A DNA stretch of 64,000 nt, taken from positions 2,198 through 66,197 of the forward strand of contig JAYOSV010000007.1 of assembly GCA_038139415.1 (NCBI GenBank), in the 5' to 3' direction. Below the pieces are notes generated by a model. That model ran no database searches. It was not told where the DNA came from and saw only the letters and a list, made by a program, of their open reading frames with translations. Position numbers and translations under genes: made by a program. This document shows, one piece after another, positions 1 to 10,035 of this stretch. This DNA is from Verrucomicrobiales bacterium (lineage in GTDB: Bacteria > Verrucomicrobiota > Verrucomicrobiia > Limisphaerales > UBA1100). Numbering within the stretch: the stretch's first letter is position 1; each line of letters starts with the position of its first letter.

Positions 1-432
1 CGTCTGCACGCCGGCGGCGGTGATATGCCTTGCGCCATCCTGTGCTATGTAAATGAAGTCCTCATCAAAATCATCGCTTTGCCAACTGCGCGTGGAGTTG
101 CGTGTCTTGAACAGGATACGTTCGCCGCGTTGCAGGTTGTGCGGCTCGAGCTCGGCGGCGGTGATGGCGGTTTGGTCATGGATTTCAATCACCCGACAGG
201 ATCCGAGTACGGCATCCAGCGGTAGGGCTTCCATGGTGATGCCGCCATCGATGAAGTGCCGCGGGGAATCCATGTGCGTACCGGTATGCGCGCTGAGGCT
301 CATGTGGGTGAGATTGCACGGACTGCCGTTGGCGTCGCCAATGGTCTTGTGCAGGCGCGATTGGAACCCGGGATCACCGGGCCAATGCACCATGCCGTTG
401 CGAACAGGAATGCTGATGTCGATCCAGCTCAT
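1..432 (-). CDS. putative cyclase / kynurenine formamidase-family protein (N-terminal 144 codons; C-terminus lies beyond the window start)
   Basis: Absent from the ORF track because it runs off the window. Reverse translation from the ATG at 432-430 gives MSWIDISIPVRNGMVHWPGDPGF...LSAHTGTHMDSPRHFIDGG... This contains the HxGTHxDxPxH motif of the putative-cyclase/arylformamidase family. The frame is open to position 1. Confidence 0.7.
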   Translation of the reverse strand, partial: MSWIDISIPVRNGMVHWPGDPGFQSRLHKTIGDANGSPCNLTHMSLSAHTGTHMDSPRHFIDGGITMEALPLDAVLGSCRVIEIHDQTAITAAELEPHNLQRGERILFKTRNSTRSWQSDDFDEDFIYIAQDGARHITAAGVQT

Positions 433-474
433 GCGGAGAAACTAAATCCTAAAACCAAAATCCAAAATCCTAAA
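433..474. repeat. short AT-rich direct-repeat spacer (AAATCCTAAA x2 flanking AAAATCC) between two co-directional genes
   Basis: Plus strand reads gagaaactAAATCCTAAAaccAAAATCCAAAATCCTAAActaatc. Composition differs sharply from the flanking GC-rich coding sequence. Confidence 0.4.
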
Positions 475-855
475 CTAATCGAGACCGCGGGCTTCAAGGT
501 CGTCTTCGTCCATGCCGAAATAATGGCCGAGCTCGTGCAGGTAGGTGATGCGGATCTCTTCGCGATACGCCGCCTCATCGGTGCCGGCGAATTCCCAGAG
601 GTTTTCGAGAAAGAGAATGATCTGAGTCGGCTGCGGATGGCTGCTCGGCCCGTCGGCCAACGATTCACCCAGAAACAAACCCAGCGTATCTGGCGCAATG
701 CCGTCTGCCACAAAGCCGGTATTCGGGCTGGGTTCAAAGGTGACCGGTACAGACCGCGCGCCGGTCTGCAAAGCCTCCGGCAGTTCGCCCTGAGCGGTAG
801 CCATTTCCTCATGTGCCACCATGAGCAGGTGATCGAACGAGCCGACCTGCATCAT
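475..855 (-). CDS. zincin-like metallopeptidase family protein (small HExxH protein)
   Basis: 126-aa ORF with C-terminal ITYLHELGHYFGMDEDDL (HELGH zinc motif), typical of the small 'metallopeptidase family protein' group. Its ATG overlaps the upstream gene's stop as ATGA (852-855). Confidence 0.7.
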   Translation of the reverse strand: MMQVGSFDHLLMVAHEEMATAQGELPEALQTGARSVPVTFEPSPNTGFVADGIAPDTLGLFLGESLADGPSSHPQPTQIILFLENLWEFAGTDEAAYREEIRITYLHELGHYFGMDEDDLEARGLD

Positions 856-1298
856 TTGCCCTTGGAAGCTTCAGCCGGTTGGGCTGCACGGGAGGCCTTG
901 AACTGCGCCAGCACTTCGGGGTGTTGCTCGAAAAACACTGTGAGATCGGCCAATGTTTTAAGGGTGTCGGCACTGAGATGGTGTTCGATTCCCTCGATAT
1001 CGCGTGCCTGCGTTTCAGCGTCCAACTCGAACAACGTAAAAAACCCGGCCAACACTTCATGCCGATCGCGGATTTGCTCCGCCACCGCCCGGCCGGCATC
1101 GGTCAACGTGAGCGCCCGGTATTTCTCGTAATGAAGATACCCCTCATCCGCCAGCTTCTGCACCATACTGGTGACACTCGGCTGCCCGACCCCAAGCGAT
1201 TGGGCAATATCGGCCACATGCGCCGTGCCCTTGCTCTCCAGTAATTCATGAATGCGCTCGAGATAATCCTCGGCACTTTGACTCGGCTTGGAAGGCAT
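852..1298 (-). CDS. DtxR/MntR-family metal-dependent transcriptional repressor
   Basis: 148 aa. The N-terminus SAEDYLERIHELLESKGTAHVADIAQSLGVGQPSVTSMVQKLADEGYL is the classic DtxR-type winged-helix. It is followed by a dimerisation/metal-binding region. Confidence 0.8.
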   Translation of the reverse strand: MPSKPSQSAEDYLERIHELLESKGTAHVADIAQSLGVGQPSVTSMVQKLADEGYLHYEKYRALTLTDAGRAVAEQIRDRHEVLAGFFTLFELDAETQARDIEGIEHHLSADTLKTLADLTVFFEQHPEVLAQFKASRAAQPAEASKGK

Positions 1299-1437
1299 AT
1301 CCAGAGACTACAGATAAAACTTAGGTGCGCCAATAAATTATTGCCAAAATCTGAGCTCGTGAAGTGCCGTTTGAGCCTTGAATTACCGTTGTGAACGGCC
1401 CAAACAAAAAAAGTTCATGTTCAGCGGAAAAAAGGCT

Positions 1438-1453
1438 TGTGAAATAATTCACA
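1438..1453. promoter_or_regulatory. candidate CRP/FNR-family operator, TGTGA-N6-TCACA
   Basis: tgtgaaataattcaca has perfect TGTGA and TCACA half-sites with a 6-nt AT-only spacer. It lies about 65-80 nt upstream of the atpB ATG, in the divergent intergenic region. Confidence 0.3.
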
Positions 1454-1518
1454 CACCCTAGTTTCAGGCCCGCTGAGTGCCGCAATAGGCGGTGTTTTCT
1501 GCATATTTTTGGGTAAAA

Positions 1519-2463
1519 ATGGATTTTAAGCGAATACTGGCCGCCTTGTTTCTCATGATGGCCGTGCCGTGTCTGGTGGCCGAGGAGGCTTCGGGCACTT
1601 CGGGGCACTTGATTCAGACATTCCCTTCGTTTTCTGAGTTGAGCGTGGGTGGGGGTCTGCCTTTCCTTGGATCGCTGCCCCCAAACGCAGTGGAATTATT
1701 TAAAATTGGGCCGCTACCAGTCACCAACTCCATGGTGGTGACCTGGATTGTGGCGCTTGGGATCATCTTCGTCGTTCAGTTGGCAACCCGCAATGTGAAG
1801 CTCGTGCCGGAAGGCATTCAAAATTTCGTAGAGTTTTTGGTGGAGGGTTTGTACGGCTTTTTCCGCAGCGTGGTAGGCGATCACATGATCCATCGCACCT
1901 TTTGGTTTTTGGCCACCGCCTTCATCTTTATTTTATTTGCTAACTGGTTTGGCCTAATCCCCGGATTGGGCACCATTGGCTGGGCGGAGCCTGGCCATCA
2001 CAATGAACATATCACCGAACCCCTGATGCGCGGTATGAACGCGGATTTGAACATGACACTCGCCATGGCGACCATTTTTATGGGCCTGTGGTTGTACTGG
2101 AGCCTGACTGAGCAGGGAGTAGGTGGATTTGCGGGTCACATTTTTTCGGTGAAAGGTCACGGAGGCGGGTTGCTGGGCACGTTCTTGGTAATTGTCTTTA
2201 TTTTTGTGGGGCTGATCGAGGTGGTGTCCATCGGCGTGCGCCCGGTGGCATTAACCTTTCGTCTCTATGGCAACGTGTTTGCCGGTGAAAATATCTTGGA
2301 AACGGTGATGGCGATGGGCGGCCTGTATTTTGGCTGGCTGGCCGTGCTGCCGTTTTACCTGCTGGAGATTCTGGTAGGGTTAGTGCAGGCACTGGTTTTT
2401 GCACTTTTGTGCGCGGTGTTCACGGCTCTCATGTGTGAGAAGCACGACGACCACGCACACTGA
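1519..2463 (+). CDS. atpB: F0F1 ATP synthase subunit a
   Basis: Multi-pass membrane protein; LTFRLYGNVFAGE carries the conserved Arg motif of subunit a. It is the first gene of an atpBEFHAGDC-order operon. The ATG at 1519 is preferred over the GTG at 1492 used by the ORF track. A long N-terminal signal-like extension is present. Confidence 0.9.
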   Translation: MDFKRILAALFLMMAVPCLVAEEASGTSGHLIQTFPSFSELSVGGGLPFLGSLPPNAVELFKIGPLPVTNSMVVTWIVALGIIFVVQLATRNVKLVPEGIQNFVEFLVEGLYGFFRSVVGDHMIHRTFWFLATAFIFILFANWFGLIPGLGTIGWAEPGHHNEHITEPLMRGMNADLNMTLAMATIFMGLWLYWSLTEQGVGGFAGHIFSVKGHGGGLLGTFLVIVFIFVGLIEVVSIGVRPVALTFRLYGNVFAGENILETVMAMGGLYFGWLAVLPFYLLEILVGLVQALVFALLCAVFTALMCEKHDDHAH

Positions 2464-2531
2464 ACAATTTCGACGCCGGACCATGGGCAATCCGTGGAGG
2501 CGTTGGGAACAACTGAACAAAAGGAAATATT

Positions 2532-2771
2532 ATGTTGGAAATGTTAGCAGCAGCAGCCCCTGAAGCCGCCGCCGCCGCCCCGGCGGTAGCCAGCAAATTG
2601 CACGTCGGCTTGGCCGCGATTGGTTCCGCACTCGGTGTGGGAATCATCGGTATGAAAGCCGCTGAGGCCACTGGCCGCAACCCTGACGCCGCCGGTGATA
2701 TCCGGACGCAGGCGATCATCTTCGCCGCGTTAGCTGAAGGTGTTGTGTTTATTGCGATCTTCCTCGGATAG
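2532..2771 (+). CDS. atpE: F0F1 ATP synthase subunit c
   Basis: 79-aa hairpin proteolipid. It has the loop motif GRNPD and the helix-2 carboxylate in FAALAEGVVF. AAGGA lies upstream of the ATG. Confidence 0.9.
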   Translation: MLEMLAAAAPEAAAAAPAVASKLHVGLAAIGSALGVGIIGMKAAEATGRNPDAAGDIRTQAIIFAALAEGVVFIAIFLG

Positions 2772-2789
2772 AGCGCTTAAACCCTTACA

Positions 2790-2812
2790 CTGGGCGGGGT
2801 TTTCCCGCCCAG
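2790..2812 (+). promoter_or_regulatory. intra-operon GC-rich stem-loop between atpE and atpF (no U-tract)
   Basis: CTGGGCGGG (2790-2798) pairs perfectly with CCCGCCCAG (2804-2812), loop gtttt. It is followed by taaccaa, not a T-run, so it is not a canonical terminator. Confidence 0.45.
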
Positions 2813-2830
2813 TAACCAATTTACTTAGAC

Positions 2831-3379
2831 ATGGAAAACTTGATCTTGTTTGCGGCAGACGCCGGCGGGGGTGGGCGAGTGGATGAAATCGTCAAGACCT
2901 TTGGCGTCAACTGGCCGCTCTTTATTTCGCAGTGCATCGCCTTTCTCATCGTGGCGTTTGCGTTGAAGAAATTTGCCTACGGCCCGGTACTGCAAGTGCT
3001 GGAAGACCGCAAGCAGCGCATTGCCGAAAGCATGGAGAATGCGGAAAAGATCAAGACCGAGTTGGCGGAGGCGCAGGCTAAGAAGGATGAGATTCTGAGC
3101 CAGGCCAACGACGACGCCAAACAGTTGATCAAGGAAGCCCGCGAGGCTGCCTCCAAGGTGACCGAGACGGAGAATCAGAAGGCCATCAAGCAGGCCGAGG
3201 AGATTGTTGCCAAGGCGCGCGAGGCCAGTGAGGCTGATCGCGACGCGATGATGGCCGAGCTCAAGGCCGAGATTGGCCGGTTGGTGGTGGAGACCACGGC
3301 CAAGGTCAGTGGCAAGGTGTTGAGCGATGAGGATCAGCAGCGTCTGATCGACGAGACCAATAAGGAATTGGCCGCTTAA
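2831..3379 (+). CDS. atpF: F0F1 ATP synthase subunit b
   Basis: 182 aa. One N-terminal TM helix (WPLFISQCIAFLIVAFAL), then a long charged Ala/Glu/Lys-rich helix. The operon position fits. Confidence 0.85.
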   Translation: MENLILFAADAGGGGRVDEIVKTFGVNWPLFISQCIAFLIVAFALKKFAYGPVLQVLEDRKQRIAESMENAEKIKTELAEAQAKKDEILSQANDDAKQLIKEAREAASKVTETENQKAIKQAEEIVAKAREASEADRDAMMAELKAEIGRLVVETTAKVSGKVLSDEDQQRLIDETNKELAA

Positions 3380-3383
3380 TTTC

Positions 3384-3776
3384 ATGAAAGGCAGCAAGCA
3401 ATCCCGCCGTGACGCCAAGCAGCTCTTTCAGAGTTGTCAGGTGGATGGCGCGCTGGACGAGGCGCGCGTGCGGCAGGCGGTGACGTTGTTGATTGAAAAG
3501 AAACCGCGCGGGTACTTCGGTACTTTGCAGGAGCTTCAGCGGTTGGTGAAGCTGGATGTAAACAATCGCTCGGCTCGCGTGGAAAGTGCAGTGGCCCTGA
3601 GCGAGGCGCAGCAGCAGGAAGTGCGCGCCAGCCTCGGTCGCCTGAAGGGCGCCGACGTGGAAGTGGAATTTGCCGAGAACGCCGATCTGATCGGCGGCAT
3701 GCGCGTGAAGCTCGGTGACGATGTGTATGACGGCAGTGTGAAGACGCGCTTGAGCCGGTTGGCCGAAAGTTTCTAA
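3384..3776 (+). CDS. atpH: F0F1 ATP synthase subunit delta (short form, 130 aa)
   Basis: Positioned between atpF and atpA. The C-terminus DLIGGMRVKLGDDVYDGSVKTRL matches the conserved delta/OSCP C-terminal signature. The N-terminal half is shorter than usual. Confidence 0.75.
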   Translation: MKGSKQSRRDAKQLFQSCQVDGALDEARVRQAVTLLIEKKPRGYFGTLQELQRLVKLDVNNRSARVESAVALSEAQQQEVRASLGRLKGADVEVEFAENADLIGGMRVKLGDDVYDGSVKTRLSRLAESF

Positions 3777-3798
3777 CCCAATTTAAGAACGACAAATC

Positions 3799-5325
3799 AT
3801 GAGCAACCTATTGCAGGACATTGAAGCCCAAATCGCTGGAGCCAAGACCGATGTGGCACGCGAAAACGTGGGTGTGGTGCGCGAGATCGGTGACGGTGTG
3901 GCCAAGATCGAAGGCCTGACCGGCGCGATGATGAACGAGATGCTGGATTTCGGCAACGGCGTGACCGGCTTGGCGTTGAACCTCGAAGAGACCGAGGTGG
4001 GCGCGGTGATCCTTGGTGATCACACGGGCATCGCCGAGGGCCAAGAGGTGCGGACGACCGGCAAGCTGTTGTCGGTGCCGGTGGGCAAATCGCTGCTCGG
4101 CCGCGTGGTTGACGCGCTGGGCCGACCGATTGATGACAAGGGTGATCTGGGGGCGGAGACGAATTATCCGGTGGAGAAAATCGCGCCCGGTATCGTTAGC
4201 CGCCAGTCGGTGGATCAGCCGCTGCAAACGGGCATCATGCCGGTGGACGCAATGATCCCGATTGGGCGCGGCCAGCGTGAGTTGATCATTGGCGACCGCC
4301 AAACCGGCAAGACGGCCGTGGCGATTGACGCGATCATCAATAACGCCCGCATCAACAAAGAGAACGAGGGCGTCGAAGGCTTCCGCCCCGTGTACAGCAT
4401 TTACGTCGCCGTGGGCCAGAAGCGCGCGAATGTGGCTAAGGTGATTCAGGATCTGACGGACGCCGGTGCCTTGGAGCACACCATTGTGGTTGCCGCCACG
4501 GCGAGTGACTCGGCCACTAACCAATATCTTGCGCCGTTCTCCGGGGCGTCGATGGGCGAATGGTTCATGGACAACAACATGGACGCGCTGATCGTGTATG
4601 ATGATTTGTCCAAGCACGCGGTGGCTTACCGGCAGGTGTCGTTGGTGCTGAAACGCCCGTCCGGTCGTGAGGCGTATCCGGGTGATGTATTTTACCTGCA
4701 CAGCCGGTTGTTGGAACGCGCGGCCCGTCTGCGGGCGGACGCGGGCGGTGGTTCGCTCACGGCGTTGCCGATTATTGAGACGCAGGCCGGCGACGTGTCC
4801 GCGTACATTCCGACCAACGTGATTTCGATTACCGACGGCCAGATCTTCCTGGAGACGGACCTCTTTTATCAGGGCGTGCGGCCGGCGATTTCGGTGGGTC
4901 TCTCCGTGAGCCGAGTGGGTTCCGCCGCACAGGTAAAGGCCATGAAACAGGTGGCTGGCACGGTGAAGCTGGAGCTGGCGCAGTTCCGCGAACTGGCCGC
5001 TTTCGCTCAGTTTGGCAGCGACTTGGATGACGCCACCAAAGCTAAGCTCGAGCGCGGTAAACGAATTGTGGAAGTGTTCAAGCAACCGCAGTTCAAGCCG
5101 GTGAGCGTGCCGATGCAGGTGGTGACGCTGTGGGCCGTGCAGAACGGTTACTTTGACGATGTGGATGTGGATGACTTGAAAGCCACTCAGGAGGCGATCG
5201 GCGAATACATGACTGATCGCAAGGCGGAGATCATCAAGAAGATTTCGAATTCCGGCAAACTGGATGACGCGCTTGAGGCGGAACTCAAAGGCGCGTTGGA
5301 CGAGTACAAGGCCGCGAACAAGTAA
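3799..5325 (+). CDS. atpA: F0F1 ATP synthase subunit alpha
   Basis: 508 aa with Walker A GDRQTGKT. Unmistakable alpha-subunit sequence throughout (...[20 protein letters not shown]...). Confidence 0.97.
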   Translation: MSNLLQDIEAQIAGAKTDVARENVGVVREIGDGVAKIEGLTGAMMNEMLDFGNGVTGLALNLEETEVGAVILGDHTGIAEGQEVRTTGKLLSVPVGKSLLGRVVDALGRPIDDKGDLGAETNYPVEKIAPGIVSRQSVDQPLQTGIMPVDAMIPIGRGQRELIIGDRQTGKTAVAIDAIINNARINKENEGVEGFRPVYSIYVAVGQKRANVAKVIQDLTDAGALEHTIVVAATASDSATNQYLAPFSGASMGEWFMDNNMDALIVYDDLSKHAVAYRQVSLVLKRPSGREAYPGDVFYLHSRLLERAARLRADAGGGSLTALPIIETQAGDVSAYIPTNVISITDGQIFLETDLFYQGVRPAISVGLSVSRVGSAAQVKAMKQVAGTVKLELAQFRELAAFAQFGSDLDDATKAKLERGKRIVEVFKQPQFKPVSVPMQVVTLWAVQNGYFDDVDVDDLKATQEAIGEYMTDRKAEIIKKISNSGKLDDALEAELKGALDEYKAANK

Positions 5326-5332
5326 GATTTAA

Positions 5333-7725
<2,393 letters not shown>

Positions 7726-7743
7726 GCTGAATTTTTGACGACC

Positions 7744-8157
7744 ATGGCCAGCACCCTCAAGCTAGAGATCGTGACCCCGGAGGCGAAAGTGTACTCTGAG
7801 GACGTGGACTCCGTGCGCCTACCTGGCAATGAGGGGGAGCTCGGCATTTACCCAAATCACGCGCCCTTGATGGCGCAGGTGAAAGCCGGTGAACTGATCG
7901 CCCGCAAAGGTGGTGAGGAAACCATCCTCGCAGTGGGGCATGGGTTCGTTGAAATCACCGGCGACCATGTATCCATTCTCACCGACAACGCTGCGGACAG
8001 CGCTGATATCGACGAGACCGCTGCCGAGGAAGCAAAGGCCAAAGCCCAGCAACGCCTTGAAGAGGGCAGCGACATGTCCGAGGATGAAGCCAGGGCCTTG
8101 GCCCAAGCCATCCTATACTCCGAGGCCCAGCTCAAAGCCAAGCGCCACCGCGGCTAA
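7744..8157 (+). CDS. atpC: F0F1 ATP synthase subunit epsilon
   Basis: LKLEIVTPEAKVYSEDVDSVRLPGNEGELGIYPNHAPL is the typical epsilon beta-sandwich N-terminus. The ATG at 7744 is preferred over the TTG at 7735. Confidence 0.9.
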   Translation: MASTLKLEIVTPEAKVYSEDVDSVRLPGNEGELGIYPNHAPLMAQVKAGELIARKGGEETILAVGHGFVEITGDHVSILTDNAADSADIDETAAEEAKAKAQQRLEEGSDMSEDEARALAQAILYSEAQLKAKRHRG

Positions 8158-8204
8158 GCAGGGGATATCTTCCGGACGCCCGAGTCCGATTCAATTTTCC
8201 AGAA

Positions 8205-10034
8205 CTATTGATCCGTGCCGGAATTTGGCGAGGCTGGTGTAAGCAGCGGGAACAGGATGATTTCGCAGGCGTTGTAAGTGTTCAGCGGGCACTCAAAGAC
8301 CACCGCTTCCTGCTCCAAAGGATCTGTGGCGAAGGCAAAGAAGTTAAAGAGCTCCGATTGTTTGCCGAATTGAATTTTGCGCGTCAACGTTTGGCCGTTG
8401 TGTTGGAGTTCCAGAGTAATGCTCTTTTTCCGTTGGATAATCTCGTAGGTGGCTAGCTTGTCCGCACCGCGAGCCGTCCAGCGGGCGGCTTGCAATCGGC
8501 CCAGAGCGCCCAGCGCGGTGGGGATTTTTTCGCGCTGATCCTTAGTCAGCGGCTGACCCGTTCGGGTCCATTCTCCATCTTGATTACGCAACAAATCCAA
8601 TGATTGCTCACCTTGGGTCAGGGTGATCTTGGTGACGGCTTGGGCGGGAAAATCCCAAAAGCGCCGTTGGCGGAGTTGATAGGAATAGGCGGGCAACGAT
8701 TGATGATCCACGGCACGGACGCGGTACACGGAATCCTCATCAAACCGCCGGGCAAAAAGTTCCCCGCTGGCTTCCCCGGCCGGTGCTCCAAAAGAGATCT
8801 GCCCTAGAATAGCATTGGTACCACCACGTTGAAGTAGCGTGTATTGGGCGGTCGGCTGAGCCAGACCGAACGCGGAAAAATCCCCCACCACTTCACGTTC
8901 GCGAGACACAGCCTCCATGTTCCGCAAGCGCCCCAGCAGTGCAAAAACCAGATTCTCATCCGCGGGGAGTTGGGAAGGTGAATTAATTTGCCACAACCCG
9001 TTGGTGGATTGCTCCAGGGTGAATGTATCGCCGGCGGTGATGTTGATGCGCTGCAGGGATGCGGCTCCGGGATCAAAGGTATCCACCAAATGAGGATCGC
9101 TGTAATCCCAAATCGGCGCACGCAAATCAGTGAGCCACGGCTTGGGGACGATCACCACGTTGGTGTGTTGCAGCAGGCGGGCGTAAACCATGCCGGGTTG
9201 GTTAGTGGGGCTGTGGCCAAACTGCACGGCGGCCAGCCGGTTAGTGCCGCGGCTAAGGACGAGTTCGGCTTCTGGTGATTGCAGGCCAAACGGCTGGAGA
9301 TCTACCTTGGGGTCGTCGCTCACAAATTCCACGACGTTCCAGTTCCAAAGATTGATGAGCGTTTTTGTGATACGCGTTTGATTGGCGCGCTTGGTGGGTG
9401 GTGGCTGGCTGATTTGCCAGATTTCATTGGTAGTTTGCTGGAGAGTGAGTTGGCGTGGACCGGATTTAATCTGTATGTGATCCACCTCCAACTGATTGGA
9501 CTGACTCAGGTGCAGCAGATGTTGATCACGCCAAAAGTTGGCCGTGAACGGCAGGAAATTGAGGAACTGCCGGCTCACGGTAAACACGCCGGGCTGGTCG
9601 GGGGTGCGCGCATAGAGCTTATCCTCAAGTGGGGTGAAGTCACCCAGTTGAAGTTCGATTTCTTGATCCGGCAGTTCCAACCGGATGGCAACGCGAGGAG
9701 GTGCAAAGCCAAACTCCTCCGGCGCGTCCACGGTTTGGCGGTAATTCAGCGGAGTCAGGGCTTGGAGTTGGCTGATCAATTTATTGGGACCCTCGGGCAT
9801 GGCGGGATAAGGCAGGGGATGTTCGAGGTGCCATTCCCCGGCGGATTGTGCGGCGCGGATGGTGTTGGTGCCGTTGTAGGTGATCTCAATGGACTCAATT
9901 TTGCCTGGATTAAATGCTGTCAACAGCACGGGCACGGTCGGCGCTTCCTCGGTGTGTTCCCGCTCGAACAGCAATAGGTAGCCTACCGCAAAAACCGCGA
10001 TTACCATCAACCAAGCTGTGTCTTTTCGGATCAT
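8205..10034 (-). CDS. DUF4340-like protein, last gene of the GldG-type ABC operon
   Basis: 609 aa with an N-terminal membrane anchor (WLMVIAVFAVGYLLLF). A DUF4340-type gene conventionally sits immediately downstream of a GldG-like gene, as here. The family call rests mainly on context. Confidence 0.55.
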   Translation of the reverse strand: MIRKDTAWLMVIAVFAVGYLLLFEREHTEEAPTVPVLLTAFNPGKIESIEITYNGTNTIRAAQSAGEWHLEHPLPYPAMPEGPNKLISQLQALTPLNYRQTVDAPEEFGFAPPRVAIRLELPDQEIELQLGDFTPLEDKLYARTPDQPGVFTVSRQFLNFLPFTANFWRDQHLLHLSQSNQLEVDHIQIKSGPRQLTLQQTTNEIWQISQPPPTKRANQTRITKTLINLWNWNVVEFVSDDPKVDLQPFGLQSPEAELVLSRGTNRLAAVQFGHSPTNQPGMVYARLLQHTNVVIVPKPWLTDLRAPIWDYSDPHLVDTFDPGAASLQRINITAGDTFTLEQSTNGLWQINSPSQLPADENLVFALLGRLRNMEAVSREREVVGDFSAFGLAQPTAQYTLLQRGGTNAILGQISFGAPAGEASGELFARRFDEDSVYRVRAVDHQSLPAYSYQLRQRRFWDFPAQAVTKITLTQGEQSLDLLRNQDGEWTRTGQPLTKDQREKIPTALGALGRLQAARWTARGADKLATYEIIQRKKSITLELQHNGQTLTRKIQFGKQSELFNFFAFATDPLEQEAVVFECPLNTYNACEIILFPLLTPASPNSGTDQ

Positions 10035-10035
10035 T

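Noticed and set aside
256-1131. A 291-aa plus-strand ORF spanning the cyclase, zincin and DtxR genes.
   Set aside because: It is antisense to three ORFs with clear family motifs. Its translation is Ala/Arg-rich without motifs.
1321-1342. A DtxR/MntR operator upstream of the repressor gene: TTAGGT half-site at 1321-26 and the AATAAaTTATT palindrome at 1332-42.
   Set aside because: Only one half-site matches the TTAGGTTAGCCTAACCTAA-type box, and the small AT palindrome is short enough to arise by chance. It is mentioned only within the operon finding.
3808-5085. A 425-aa minus-strand ORF inside atpA. Similar long antisense ORFs occur at 5285-6115, 6235-7164, 7192-7719, 13858-14784, 29440-30318, 36129-36698, 38524-40131, 40682-41809, 42020-42607, 47331-48002, 53152-53736, 57394-57882 and 59159-60142.
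   Set aside because: All are antisense to genes with unambiguous conserved motifs. They are Arg/His/Ala/Gly-rich, as expected for reverse-frame shadows in GC-rich DNA.
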